A stretch of 64,000 nucleotides of DNA, taken from assembly GCA_965287045.1 (NCBI GenBank), contig OZ336879.1:66712001-66776000 (forward strand), read 5' to 3'. A program made the translations under genes and the position numbers. The notes below the pieces were generated by a model, which did no database searches, had not been told where the DNA came from, and worked only from the letters and a program-made list of their open reading frames with translations. The number at the start of each line of letters is the position of its first letter. Position 1 is the first letter of the stretch. This stretch comes from Carcharhinus amblyrhynchos. Its lineage: Eukaryota. Positions 25,208 to 37,660 of the stretch are shown here, one piece after another.

Positions 25208-26340
25208 GATGTTTTCATTGATCCTACATTTAAAAATTCCAATTCCTAAACCACAAGTTGTATTCCTGACAGGAATCATAAAATTCTAACACCAGCCCCT
25301 CACAAAAATGAAGGCCTATTGCCATCCTGATGTGTTTTAATTCCTACCATTTAAAATATAACAATTCCCAACATGCCACAATTTTAACAATCTTATTACA
25401 TGATATCCACAGAGCAATCTCCCCATTGTCTCCAAGTCAGCCCATATTGATAACATTTCGTTGTTAAATCAGTAACCGGGAGCCACAATCAAATATAGAT
25501 ATACAATATATCTTCTTGTGGTGTTCTGTAAAAATTTTCATTTTCATATCACAACAATTATAATTCAAAGTCTTGTGTAAGTAGGGACTCCTCACTGTTA
25601 ACAATGTATGAATTTTCAAGCTCAATTTTTGAATCAGCCTGCCCAGATTTCATCTTCTGATCTTTATTTTCCTCCATCTTCGCAGCATTGCCGTTGGCCG
25701 GAATTTTCCAGCCATTCATTCCACAGGGATTCCCTGATCCCACTGCAGTGAATGGAGATTTCACTGAGTGCCAGATTCTCTATCCTTGTTTACAGCGGCA
25801 GCGGGGGCGTGTATGGCCGGAGATTTCTGGCACTTGTTTACATCCAGAAATAATGTCCCGATCAATATTACCATTAAACCCTCTTCTTTCCAGTTAATTG
25901 CAGACATATCTTTATTTCTAAATCCATTCCCCAGATTCAAATATTTTGGATTTTCTTTGTGAAATATCAAGTTCAAACTTGTTTTTTTTGTATCGACAGA
26001 GCTTCCTTAGCCACTTTCGAAATTTGGTTCAGATGCTTTTTACGTGCATGCAGAAAGCCTTGATATTTTTGTTTGGTTTGGTCTTTGGACAGTTTATAAC
26101 CCCTTAGCATTTTTCTTGTTGTCAGTCAAAATGAATCTTGCTTAATTCTTTTTGAGTGGTAGCTTCTTCCTGCTGGGGCTTCATTTTCCATTCCAACATT
26201 TTGAGTCTTCCATGCAACTCATGAATAACACCATCCCAATTACTTTTGGGGTGTTGTAATGTGATTTTTAATTCTTCCATTTGCCTGGATTCCCGCTGCT
26301 GAATCCAGTGTTATTTCAGCAGTGGTAGGTATTAGTGGTA

Positions 26341-26670
26341 GGGGTGGCACAGTGGTTAGCGCTGCCGCCTCACTGCACCAGGGAACCGGGTTTGATTTCT
26401 GGTTTGAATTACTGCCTGTGTGGAGTTTGCACATTCTCCTCATGTCTGCGTGGGTTTCCTCCGGGTGTTCTGGTTTCCCCTCACAGTCCAGAGATGTGCG
26501 GGTTAAATGGATTGGCCGTGCTAAATTGCCCCTTAATACCAGAAGGACTAACTCCATGCATTTACCAGAAGGTAAATGCATGGATTTACGGGGATAGGGC
26601 CTGGAAGGGATTGTGGTTGATGCAGACTCGATGGGCCAAATGGCCTCCTTCTGCGCTGTAGGATTCTGTG
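26341..26670 (+). mobile_element. HE1/V-SINE-like element
   Basis: Full head, core and tail. Confidence 0.87.
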
Positions 26671-26979
26671 AATTTCCATTGATTGATGCCAATGATCAAA
26701 TACTATTTCTTTCTCCAGAGCAATTTTTTATGAAAGTCTGATTTTGTCTTTTCCCCAGATTCTGAAATGTTAAGCTATAAGCCTGTGGTGTTAGCTGATA
26801 CACATTAAGAACCACAGTCTTAACACTTTCATAATAAGGTGACTCTCTATCTGAAAGACTTGAGTGGACATCCAAAGCTTTTCCTATTAAATGCTTTGTA
26901 CAAGAATGTTCCATGTCTCTTGTGGCCAAGTTAATTTTGCAGCAATTTCCTCAGAGGAGACAAAACATCTTTGCAAATA

Positions 26980-27490
26980 TTGTAGATGCTGCCAATCTGA
27001 AGTTAAAACCCAAAATGCGGGAAATATTCAGCAGGCTGGGTGGTACCATAAAATGTGCCACCCTTTCTGTGAAGAGTTACTGTTTCAGGTTGATGATTTT
27101 CTATCAGAACAGAAGGTAGATAGAAATGTAAGTGTTTTAAGATAATAAAAGAAGGAAGGGACAAGAAGAACAAAAGGGAGGAGTGGAGTGGAGGGTGGAG
27201 GGCAGGAGAGATTAGCTAACAAAGGAATTCATGATGCAAAACCCAAAGGGAAGGTATTGGGCATAATAAAGAGACAGAAGTTGTGTCCAGCTGAGGCGAG
27301 AATGGCTACGTAGCAGGCATCTGAATGCAACATGGGAAGATTAAGAAAGAAACAAGCCAGCAAAAAACACCAAAAAAAAAGTACCTAGGACAAGCTGGAG
27401 GCAGAGGTTAAGATCTGAAATTGTGGTGAATTCAGTATTGAACGCAGAAGTCCATAGAGTGCCAAGACAAAAAGTGCAGTGTTGTCACTT
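26980..27490 (-). mobile_element. Penelope-like fragment with degenerate hammerhead-like motif
   Basis: - strand ttCTGATAGAaaatcatcaacctGAAAc at about 27080-27110. End motif aaaatgcgggaaatattcagcagg is shared with 13830-13870. Confidence 0.5.
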
Positions 27491-28036
27491 TCAATACCTT
27501 TCAGTGCCTTCCTTACTGAGTGTGGGCACTGTGCAGTTATTTCTCACCAAATAAAAATCAGGAGTACAATTCAAATCTTCCTCCAATCTTCCAGTTATTC
27601 CCTGGTTATGTAAGCAACACTTTTCCCTACCCAGTTCTATTTTCCTCATCTCTTTCTCCCTTTGAAACTCTTTGGGCAGAATCTTGGGGCCATTCATACC
27701 AAGTTCTCCATCCTCACCTGCAGTGGCAGCAAGGCGTGAATGGCCGGAAAGATCGTTCCCTTTATTCATTTCTTTTTCTTCCATATGGAATTCAAATTCA
27801 GGTCCTTGCATTTCCGTTTCTTTTGCTCTCTCTTTTTTCCTTTTTTCTCTCTTTGAAGCTGTTTTCATTTCTCTCACTTTTTCTGTTTCAAACTGTTTCA
27901 TTTATAATTGACTCACAGTGGTTTTATGCTGTGCATTCTCTGGATTACCTCTTCATCCTTACGGTTCAGATGTTAAACCAATACCTCAACTATTTCAGCT
28001 TTTGTAATGTCTACTTTTAACTTTGTTCCCAGCTTG

Positions 28037-29332
28037 GGGCAACACGGTGGCACAATGGTTAGCACTGCTGCTTCACAGCACTAGGGACCTCAATTCAATT
28101 CCTGGCTTGGATTGCTGTGTGTGCAAAGTTTGCACATTCTCCCCAAATCTGCATGGGTTTCCTCTGGGTGCTCTGGTTTCCTCCCACAGTCCAAAGATTT
28201 GATTTATCATTGCCATATGTATTAACATATAGTGAAAAGTATTGTTTCTTGCACTCTATACAGACAAAACATACCATTCATAGAGAGTGCAGAATGTAGT
28301 GTTATAGTCATAGCTAGAGTGTAAAGAAAGATCAACTTAATGCAAGGTAGGTCCATTCAAGAGTCTGACAGCAGCAGGGAAGAAGCTGTTCTTGAGTTGG
28401 TTGATACATGACCTCAAGACGTTTGTATCTTTTTCCCGAAGGAAGAAGGTGGAAGAGAGAATGTTTGGGGTGCACAGAGTCCTTAATTATGCTGGCTGCT
28501 TTGCCAAGGCAGCGGGAAGTGTAGACAGAGTCAATGGATGGGTGGTCGGTTTGCGTGATGGATTGTGGTCTTGGGCAGAGCAGGAGCCATGCCAAGCTGT
28601 GGTACAACCAGAAAGGATGCTTTCCATGGTGCATCTGTAAAAACTGATGAGAATCATAGCTGACATGCCAAATTTCCTTAGTCTTCTGAGAAAATAGAAG
28701 TGTTTGTGGGCTCTCTTAACTATAGTGTTGGCATGGGAGGACCAGGACAGGTTGTTGGTGATCTGGACACCTAAAAACTTGAAGCTCTCGACACTTTCTA
28801 CTTCATCCTCGTTGATGTAGATAGGGGCATGTTTTCCTTTGCGCTTCCTGAAGTTGATGAAAATCTTCATTTTGTTGACATTGAGGAAGAGATTATTGTT
28901 GTTCACCAGACTCTCTATTTAATTCCTGAACTCTGTCTCATCATTGTTTGAGATCTGACCCACTACAGTGGTGTCGTCAGCAAACTTGAAAATCGAATTG
29001 GAGGGGAATTTGACCACACAGCCATAGATGTATAAGGAGTTTAATAGGAGGCTGAGAACATAGCCTTATGGGCACCATTGTTGCAGATGATCGTGGAGGA
29101 GGTGTTGTTGTCTATTCTTACTGACTGTGGTCTGTGAGTTAGGAAGTTTGAGATCCAGTCGCAAAAGGAAGTGCCGAGACCCAAAAGGATGCGCAGGTTA
29201 GGTCAATTAGCCATGCTAAATTCTCCCTCATGTACCCAAACAGGTGTCGGAGTGTGGCGACAAGGGGATTTTCACAGTAACTTCATTGCAGTGTTAATGT
29301 AAGCCTACTTGTGACACTAATAAATAAACTTA
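28037..29332 (+). mobile_element. V-SINE with alternative 3' tail, split by a Rex/Babar LINE
   Basis: Head and core 28037-28197 end cagtccaaagat. The SINE resumes at about 29184 (ggatgcgcaggttagg) and ends gtaagcctacttgtgacactaataaataaactt. Confidence 0.8.
28199..29183 (-). mobile_element. Rex1/Babar-clade LINE 3' fragment
   Basis: ORF 28487..28906 NNLFLNVNKMK...LGVQITNNLSWS...YFLRRLRKFGMS. gattt repeat tail at the left end. Confidence 0.87.
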
Positions 29333-30814
29333 AGCTTTCTGCCTACTCCTTTCAAATTAACTGTTGTTAATTGTTGCAGATTACTCAGGGATAATTTCTC
29401 TGCTTATTTTGACTTTTCTGTAAATGCACTAAAAACCACTGTGCAATCTTTTTCACTTAAGCTTTAGAAAATCCCAGAATACCCGTCTCGGTCTGTAAAT
29501 TCAAAATCCCAAATGAGCCCTTAGTTGTTATGATCTTGGTAAAGATTATTAGCTATCAGAAAGGAGTTTAAACTCCCAATCATTGACTAAAAGAACTCAC
29601 TACAAGATTTCATATTTTAAACCTCATTTGTACTGTACAAGAGTTAAGCTAAGCAAGTACTACCAACAACACTAAATTCTGTTAACACATATACTTAAAA
29701 AAAACTCAACAGAACATTCCCTGTTCTACTTTTATTTCAACCTGATCTCCCTTATACTTTAAAGGATCTTGAGGCTTCTTTGCATCTCCTGAGACCAAAC
29801 CAAAGTGTGTCACAGCTCTCAGGAATTCATATTGATTCTTAGTGCTCTCACTTTTTTCCAAGTTATAAGACTTCTTCAGGTCCTTCCAATAGCATTCAGC
29901 TAAATGCGACCCCACCAACTCTCTTTCAACACTTCACGATTGTAGATACCCCAACTCAAGCGGGTGCCTTCTTGTATTTTGGCTTCGTGATATCAAATCG
30001 GAAGGCACCCTTGGTTTTTGATAGCCCTCTGCTACTGGTTCCAGCTGAGTCATGGCTCCCGGCAAATGCTCTCTCTGTCAATTGTTCCTTCCCCGTCTCC
30101 TCCAAACTGCTGTAAACTCAGCCTTCAACTGCCTGTTCAGTGAAAAATCACTCAGATAAAATCTTAACTAAAACAAAACTCGCTGCAATCCATCCTCCCG
30201 GCACTGAGACACATCATGGGATGTTGAAGATCATCAGGATGTAAGCTAATTATCTCCAATTCCCAAACCTCCCTATTTGATCTGGGAAACCATATAAATA
30301 ATTTAAACCTTTTATCAAGATAACTGTAGATATCCTGATTCTACCAAGAAGCTGAGAGAGAAAAACCCTCATTTACCTACTAACCTTTACACAAGTGCAC
30401 ATCTGCATAGATTTAACAGCAAATTAAGTTGCTGCTATTCAATATAATTTTTGATGTTGAGACTCCAAAATGAACCTTAGCACAAAACCCCTGCAGCACA
30501 AACAGCGCTCTTTTCTCAGTTTAATGCATCACCCGAAGTGCAGCATGTCCAACAATGCAACATGTCCTCAGTACTGCACAGAGGGCTGAATTTTCAGTCC
30601 CCATCTAGAATGGAAACCACAGAAAGTTGAGGCCAAAATTAGCATGCCAGCCAGCATGTTGGTTTTTGTGGCTATGCTTCCAGTGCCAGTGATGTTCAGC
30701 AATCTGAGGGGAGGCTGGCACAACAATTCCAGACACTCCCTGATTAAAGCCAATTGGAGTGGTTAACCAATTCATTGTGACACGTAAAGGGAGAAGTTGA
30801 AACTTTTACAGGCA

Positions 30815-31043
30815 CATTTGATTTGATTTGATTTATTATTATCACATGTATCAGTGTACAATGAAAAACTTTGTTTCTTGCGTGTTGTACAGACAAAGCA
30901 TACCAGTCATAGAGCATATAGGGGAGAAGGAAAGGAGAGGGTGCAGAATGTAGTGTTACAGTCACAGCTAAGGTGTGGAGAAAGATCAACTTAACATATG
31001 TTGGATCTATTCAAATGTCTGATGGCAGCAGGGAAGGAGCTGT
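30815..31043 (-). mobile_element. Rex/Babar 3' tail fragment
   Basis: atttgatttgatttgatttattattatcacatgta... matches 28199-28390. Confidence 0.8.
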
Positions 31044-31289
31044 TACATGAGCTGTCTGGGGCTGAATGGAGGTGGGTACACCATGGTGAACCAGTCATGC
31101 CCATTCCAGGGAAATACCTCAGCCTCTAAAAGGGTCATCAGCTCAGAGCAGGCCAAGTTTTTGGAAAACATGCCCTTGGCGCAGCATAGTTGATCGGGAG
31201 TGCAGGCAGTCAGTGTGAGGACGTGACATGGAGATACTGATAGCCAAGTTCTGCACACATAAGGAAGGCCTCAACGGGATCTTGGGTTC

Positions 31290-31602
31290 ATGTCACACTA
31301 CGTGTAATTCCCACCATCTGGCCTGGGCTCGCAAAATCTTACAAATTGTCCTGGCTTGAGACAATTCACATCTCTTTAACCTGTAATTATCCCTCTCTCC
31401 ACTCACATTATCTGTATCTGTAAAGACTTGATTACCTTTAAAGACTCGCATTCCAACCATTATCTTGCAATGCTGCCTTTGTCTATATATGCCGTGTTTG
31501 TGAAACCTACCTCTCCACTCACCTGAAGAAGGGGCAGCGCTCCAAAAGCTCATGATTCCAAATAAACCTGTTGGACTTTAACCTGTTGTGAGACATCTTA
31601 AT
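31290..31602 (+). mobile_element. Penelope-like terminal repeat fragment with mutated hammerhead
   Basis: cac-CTGAAGA-A-GGGGC(agc)GCTCC-AAAA-GCTC at 31520-31551 (GAAA changed to AAAA), followed by aaataaacctgttggactttaacctg. Confidence 0.75.
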
Positions 31603-31859
31603 GTGAGGACAGTGCAGGAGGTCAACCCGCTCCTACGATCCTGGGGGCAGAAAAAGCAGGGGGGAAGACAACCAAGGAGAACTGGGGGCAACTAGCCAAG
31701 CACAAGGAAGGCTGCATTGTCAAACAGTGTAAAACTCTCTGACTTTGGGCCCAGTGGTGATGAGCAGCAACACCCTTCCCCATAAAGACAGAACACTGAG
31801 CAGCAGGAGGGCAGAGGAAAGGAACGAGGAGGATGAAGTAAATGGAGGCCATATGGAGA

Positions 31860-31990
31860 CTTCGTCAGGTGGGTGGGAGAAATGGAGTTCTCCCACCCAC
31901 CTGACGAAGGGACAGCCTGTTCCGAAAGTTTGTGGCATTTGCTACAAATAAACCTGTTGGACTTTAAGCTTGTGTTGTGAGACTTCTTGC
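31860..31990 (+). mobile_element. Short Penelope-like insertion with a perfect 22 bp hairpin
   Basis: Arms 31860-31881 and 31888-31909 are exact reverse complements. Followed by aaataaacctgttggactttaa...gtgttgtgagacttctt. Confidence 0.8.
31897..31935 (+). ncRNA. Minimal hammerhead ribozyme motif
   Basis: CCAC-CUGACGA-A-GGGACA(gcc)UGUUCC-GAAA-GUU-U-GUGG. Core boxes and stems I and II are intact; stem III and the cleavage triplet are altered. Confidence 0.6.
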
Positions 31991-32647
31991 CATCCAGACA
32001 CCCAGCGACAGGCCTGTGAGATCTATCAACAGAAAAGGCTTCCATTCCCTTAATGTCCAACCAATCTATGATTACAGCAAGAGCTTGCTGTGTGTGGATG
32101 CTTGCTTTCCTGTTGGTTGCCATGACTACTTCATCCTCTGCCAGCCCAAACTGCAAGAGCTCTTCTTTCACTACACTCTGCCAAATGTATGGATCGGTCC
32201 TCGGGGACCAAGAAACAAGACCCACCTGATTCAGTATTGTTCTGTAAGTAAGGAAATATCCCCATCATTACCCAATCTGACCTACATGTGACTCCAGACC
32301 CACAGCAATTGGACTGACTCTTAATGGCCCTCTGCAATAGCCTAGCAAGCCAATCAGTTCAACGGAAATTGTGATGGACAAGAAATCACATGCCAAGAAA
32401 GAGCAAAGAAAAGAGAGGCTGCCGCACCTACATTATTGCGGTTATAGCCCTGCTGCACAGATGGCCTCTCAGTCAGAGGAACCAAGGAGGCTGAGGATGA
32501 TGAGGATGCTAATGAGGGATGACACCTTCATTCACCCCTGTGGCATCCTCAGCTCTTGGCAGGCATTGTGAATGCTTGGAAGATGACAGCAGCTGGGGCA
32601 CAGCTGGCATCCACTCCAAATATCTCTGTGGATTCGGTGTGCAGTTT

Positions 32648-32978
32648 TGATTTGACTTATTATTGTCACATGTATTGGTAATCAGTGAAAAATATTATTT
32701 CTTGCATGTAACGAAGACAAAACTTACCAAATATAGAGTACATAGTGGAAAGGGAAAAGGAAAGGGTGCAAAATATTGTATTAGAGGTAGGGTGAAGAGA
32801 AAGATCATCTTAATACATGAAAGTAACGTTGGAAGGCCTGGTGGCAGCTGAGAAGAAGCTGTTCTTGAGTTGGTTGGTATGTGTTTTCAGACTTTTGTAT
32901 CTTTTTCCCGATGAAAGAAGATGGAAAAGGGTATATCCAGAGTGCATGGGATCCTTGATTATGAGGCTGCTTTCCCGA
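32648..32978 (-). mobile_element. Rex/Babar 3' fragment
   Basis: agaagaagctgttcttgagttggttggta matches about 28380-28407. Confidence 0.8.
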
Positions 32979-35633
32979 GACATCATCCACTCACAGTGAA
33001 GCCACAGATGACTTTCCCGCAGCTTGGCTACCCTATCAATGGAGGAGTTAATAAGCTGCTAGCCCTGAGCCATGGTGCCACACATGAGCTAAATGGACTC
33101 CTCCATTCTCTGGCCTTGTCTTCTCATTGCCTCAGGGAATCCTGTCATGCAGAAACACATCTGCTGCTGCTGCTTTAGGTACAGCTTCCTTCCCAGTGAC
33201 TCCTGGGGTCCTCAAACGAGGCACTTATCTGAGGAGTGCTTCGGGCATCTCCTTCTGCACACTAATATGTGTGTGCCATTTACCCAGTGCCACTTTATTT
33301 AAATGCAACATGAGGACCTTGCGAGGTAAGACAGTGTGCATTGGTAGACGCTGCACTTGTAAAGTGATGGTGTTCCTTCACCACCTCTCTGCTTCACTGG
33401 GGCAGCTGGGGGAGGGGAAGAAAGTTCCTTCTACTGGACACGTCCACCTGTAGGAGACACAAAGAGATATGACCAGAATTAACTGAGGAGAGTGGAAGCT
33501 ATGGTAGTGTTTTTGGATGGGGTGGAATGCATTACATCCAATAAAAGACACATTCTCCTGTGTAATCACCATCATCACACGTCTTACCAGGGTTGACAAT
33601 ATTCACTCCGAATCCTGGATATCTCCAGATTTATCTCCTTCATTGGAATAATGTGGTGGTACGAATAGTACCCTTTCTCCCATCTATATCCTCTGGCATT
33701 AAGAGCCCATTACACCTGTAAGGATAGAAGAGAGTGAGATAAGGCATTGTTGTCCTCATTGATCAATGTGCCCCTACTCATTAAGAACTTTGTCTATCAG
33801 TGCCGGCAGATCCTAAGCAGCAGTATGGTTCTGAACCATTCTGAGGGGCTAATAGGTGCCCTGGGAATGTGTATTCCTTTGATGTTCAGGAGCACCCCGA
33901 GGCATCTCAGCTACCGTATGTGCTAGAGGTAAATAGGTTAGGGGTTACATTTATCCTACCAGAGTGTATCAGATCATTGAAGCTTTTCCAACACTATATT
34001 CAGATTCTCCTCACTACAATCTGGTCAGTCACTAAGGCTGCCACTTCTACACGCACCTTCTCAGTCTGGGTGGCTGGCCTCTACTGAACACCCTCTGGGG
34101 AGAGGACCTCCCTCCTCTCCCTAATCAAATTCAGCATGACATTCAGGTCTGCATCTGAGAACCCAGGCATAGCTTTACCTGCATGCCAGGCATCCAGCTT
34201 TCCTGAGACATCAGATTTGATTCCAATCCTGTCTAAAACATTGAGAAATTCTGCAGCTTTCTTCCTTCACTAACACCATAGCCTCAGTAATGGCTGTCAT
34301 GGTGAATTTGGACCAGATATGCAAACAATCTGTTCCCATCCCACAGCCTCAAATGGATGCATCCACATATCAATTAAGGGGCTACCCCTATGAAAACTGT
34401 GACCTCAATCTGCTTTTCCCCAGCAAGTTGGGTTGGAACCCGGGAATAGCCCCGATCCCCCCCATTCCCTGCCACCAACGTGAAAATTCAGCTCAAAGCG
34501 CCAGCCTAGATGACGAACTCAAGTCTGTAGGGTGGAGTTGCAACCCTCAACCCATTAACGTAGGGACCAGAATGTGGCCATGGGTCAAGGCTGACACCTT
34601 GGTGAAGTACCAGGGGGTTAGCAACACCCATCAAACAGCACTCCAGTATAATAAGAAGGAGAAAGTCAAGTGAAGTGGAGAAAAAATGCAGAAGGAGCTG
34701 AAACAGCAACATTTTTGTAAGAAACTCTTGAATGTTTCAAAATTACATTAACACATTATAGTCACTATTTAAAAAATGAAGATTTTATTTACAACGTGCA
34801 TTAAATCCAATACAGTTTCAAATTCCCACAAATGGCAGCATACCACTAATTACCTTGAAAAAGTAACTTTTCCCCTTTAGAAAGAAGTTACTGTCTGTGC
34901 TGTCAATTTCTATTAACTAATGAACCTATATGTTGCGCAGTACTGCGCACACATTCTAATATTTACTGACCCAAAACCAATTCTAGCATTATTTTATCTG
35001 CTTTATCTGGATGAACCCTTCCAGGCACAAGAGGTGTTAATTTGTCCATGGTTTACCCATGGATCCTTCCAGCGGGCACTCAAGAGAACACCTTCCCACC
35101 CCCCCAGCCACCACATCTTTGGACAGTCATCTTCAAAGTGTTGTGATAAGGTTGAGAATTAACTGAACCTACCATTAAAAAAAAAAGAGGGGATTAGAAA
35201 CTTAGGAAATCTCAAATTGAACATAACGGCAGTAGCTCCTTCATAGTTAGAATTCTTAGAGAAACAGACTGTCACCTAATGCAGTGAATGCAGACTTGGT
35301 GGAACCATGCAGAAAATAAATCAATTTTTTTTAACATTCAGTTGGAGTGGAGGATAGACGCTTGGTGTCTCAGTAGGAGGGAATTGAACATGGTCTGATT
35401 ACATCCTGCACATGAACACAGTACTGTGTAAGCATGGATGAAGCAAATGGGCGCCTTCTGTTCTTATGAAGCATGGTGCCTACCTGCAATTTAGCTTTTA
35501 GCCCTGGTTTGTAAAGAAAGGAATGGCCACTTGAAGTAATCCTTGTGGAGGGATTGATTTCATTGTGGTACTGAACATTGACTTAAAGCACCATTATCCT
35601 CTTGAATTTGACAAACATCTTTCATTTTTGAGA

Positions 35634-35865
35634 ACAGCATGGTGGGCACAGTGGTTAGCACTGCTGTCTCACAGTGGCAGAGACCCAGAGTCGATTCTGG
35701 CATTGGGTCTGTGTGGAGTTCACATGTTCTCCCTGTGTCTGCGTGGGCTTTCTCCAGGTGCTCTGATTTCCTCCCACACTCCAAAGATGAGTGGGTTAGG
35801 TTGATTGGTCATACTAAATTGCCCCTTAGTGTCCCAAGATGTGTAGTTTAAGGGGATTAACGGGG
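35634..35865 (+). mobile_element. HE1/V-SINE-like element, 3' truncated
   Basis: Head and core present; tail missing after ggggattaacgggg. Confidence 0.83.
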
Positions 35866-36714
35866 CGTACTGCTGCCCAACCCCCACCCATAAAATATCA
35901 GTCCCAAATTGATCAACTGCAAGCACTGTCGCCCTGCTGCCATGATGCGCTCCAAGCGGCCTTAATGAGGTGAGGGCCAGAATTCTGCCCCTCAAATGGA
36001 AGAAGCTCCACCCTCAAAAGCTGAGAGCCAGTCTGATTGGCTGGCAGCTAAAGCAGTCTCTGCAGTGCTGGAACTCAGTATAGGGCTTGCTGGAAGAAGA
36101 CACAGCCAGCATTCTGCGGCCCCTCCCCTCCCAGTGGGATAGTATATCCCACCAAACTGAATGCAGGTTTGAGTGGTCATGGTCTGCAGACTTGGGTAAG
36201 TCAGCGGCTTTAAACAGGGAGAGACGAGAGAGCCTAGAGAAATGTGGGGAAGTGGGGGAAAGGAGGGGTTGTTTGGCAGCAGATTTTGAAGACCAGAACG
36301 GTTAGTACAAAGAGGGGTTTAACATCATGGGAGAGTGTCCCCAGTGTAGAGTGGACACTTCATGAAGGATGCAAACAACCCCTTCCTTCCCACCTTTTCA
36401 CCAAAGGTATCCGCCAGCCAGTGTGTTCTGACCGCAGAGGTGGATTGTTGACCTCAAGAGGGCAATAATTAGTCACATAAGGCATTCAATAGGCCTAATA
36501 GAAGATGGCTTAGTGTGTGTCATACTCAATCCTTCCCCCTGTGTAATGAGAATCAAATTGGGGGTAGACAGGAAAGTGGTGAGCTTAGCCACTTGATCTA
36601 TTCTATTTTACATGCCCCACTGCTGGGGGGACGCAGGGGGCTGGGGGGATGGAGGTGGAGTGCGGGGAGATAGGGTTTGTAAAATCCAACCCAATATATA
36701 TTTTCCACTTTTTA

Positions 36715-37660
36715 ACTTCTTAATTAATTCATGGAATATGGACACCATTGGCTAAGCTAACATTTATTTCTCATCCCTAAGTCCCCTGGGGAAGTCATCT
36801 TCATGAACTCCAACACTCCATGTAGGTGCACCCACAGTGCTGTTAGTAAGAGAGTTGCAGGATTTTGAAGGAGCAGCAATATTATCCCAAATCAAGACCT
36901 TGTGTAAATTGAAGGGGAACCCATGGGTGCTTGTGCTCCCAAATGTCCTTGTTCTTCTGTGTGGTAATGGTCACAGGATTGGAAGCTGCTGTCGAGGAAA
37001 CCTTGAGTTGCTGCAGTGCATCGTGTAGATGGTGGAAATGGCAACAACCACAGTGAATGGCGATGGAAGGAACAAATGTTTAAGGTGGTGAATGGGGTGC
37101 TAATGAAACTTGCCTCTTTGTTCTGGATGGTTCAAACCTGTTAAATGTTGGGGAAATCAGGAGATGCTTTAGAATACTTCGCCTCTAACCTACTCTCATA
37201 ACTGTGGTATTTTGTTGCTGGTACAGTAAAGTTTCTGGTTAATCACAGTCTGCACACAACATATTGATGGAAGGGAATTCAACATTGGTAATGCTATTGA
37301 ATATCAAGGGAAGGTGGTTAGAAGCTCTGTTGTTAGAGATGATCATTGCTCATGTAGTGATTTGAGGCAACTGAGTGGCTTACTAGGCCATTTCAAAAGA
37401 TAGTTCAGAGTCAACTACTTTGCTGTTTGTCTGGAGTCACATAGAGGCCAGACTGGTGAATTGTGACAGATTCCCTTCCATAAGGGACACGATTGAATCA
37501 GATGTGAGATGTAGATTTTGTGGTCACCATTACTAATACTTATTTCTTATTCCGGATTTATTTAATTCACCAAATTTCAATTCGGCAGCTGATATGGTAG
37601 GGTTTGTGTCAATGCCTCTGGATCATTTATCCAAGTCTCTAGGTCCTTGTCCAGTAACTC
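36715..37660 (-). mobile_element. L2-type LINE 3' fragment plus L2-tailed SINE remnant
   Basis: Colinear with 48805-49450 and 11180-11480. Confidence 0.65.

Larger units (their letters stand above)
21729..30360 (-). mobile_element. Degenerate Gypsy (Gmr1-like) LTR retrotransposon with two LTR copies, heavily interrupted
   Basis: 21729-22140 plus 24290-25000 align as a direct repeat with 29526-30360. tRNA-Pro-like PBS GGGCTCATTTGGGAT (- strand, 29506-29520) lies next to the LTR end. Gag-like peptides on - strand ORFs 27491..27901 and 26696..26929 (YESVKTVVLNVYQLTPQAYSLTFQNL). Purine tract near 25420. Confidence 0.7.
30583..34494 (+). mobile_element. PIF/Harbinger DNA transposon, degenerate, both termini present
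   Basis: TIRs gggctgaattttc (30583) and gaaaattcagctc (ending 34494). Transposase motif INRKGFHSLNVQ...FPVGCHDYFIL (+, ORF 31977). Convergent Myb/SANT-like PGFSDADLNVMLNLIRERREVL (-, about 34100-34170). Confidence 0.8.
30500..34600 (-). mobile_element. Deu-type SINE 5' part split by the Harbinger element (halves about 30500-30582 and 34495-34600)
   Basis: cctcagtactgcacag|aagcgccagcctagatgacgaactcaagtct rejoin as the recalled ccctcagtactgcactggagtgtcagcctagattatgtgctcaagtct. Confidence 0.65.

Noticed and set aside
27491-28020. Charged (-) and hydrophobic (+) ORFs as host proteins
   Set aside because: The - strand is the gag coiled-coil of the LTR element; the + strand ORF is its pyrimidine-rich mirror.
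31977-32291. Host HARBI1 gene
   Set aside because: Fragmentary, interrupted by other repeats, and enclosed by TIRs; a transposon remnant, like 44300-44905.
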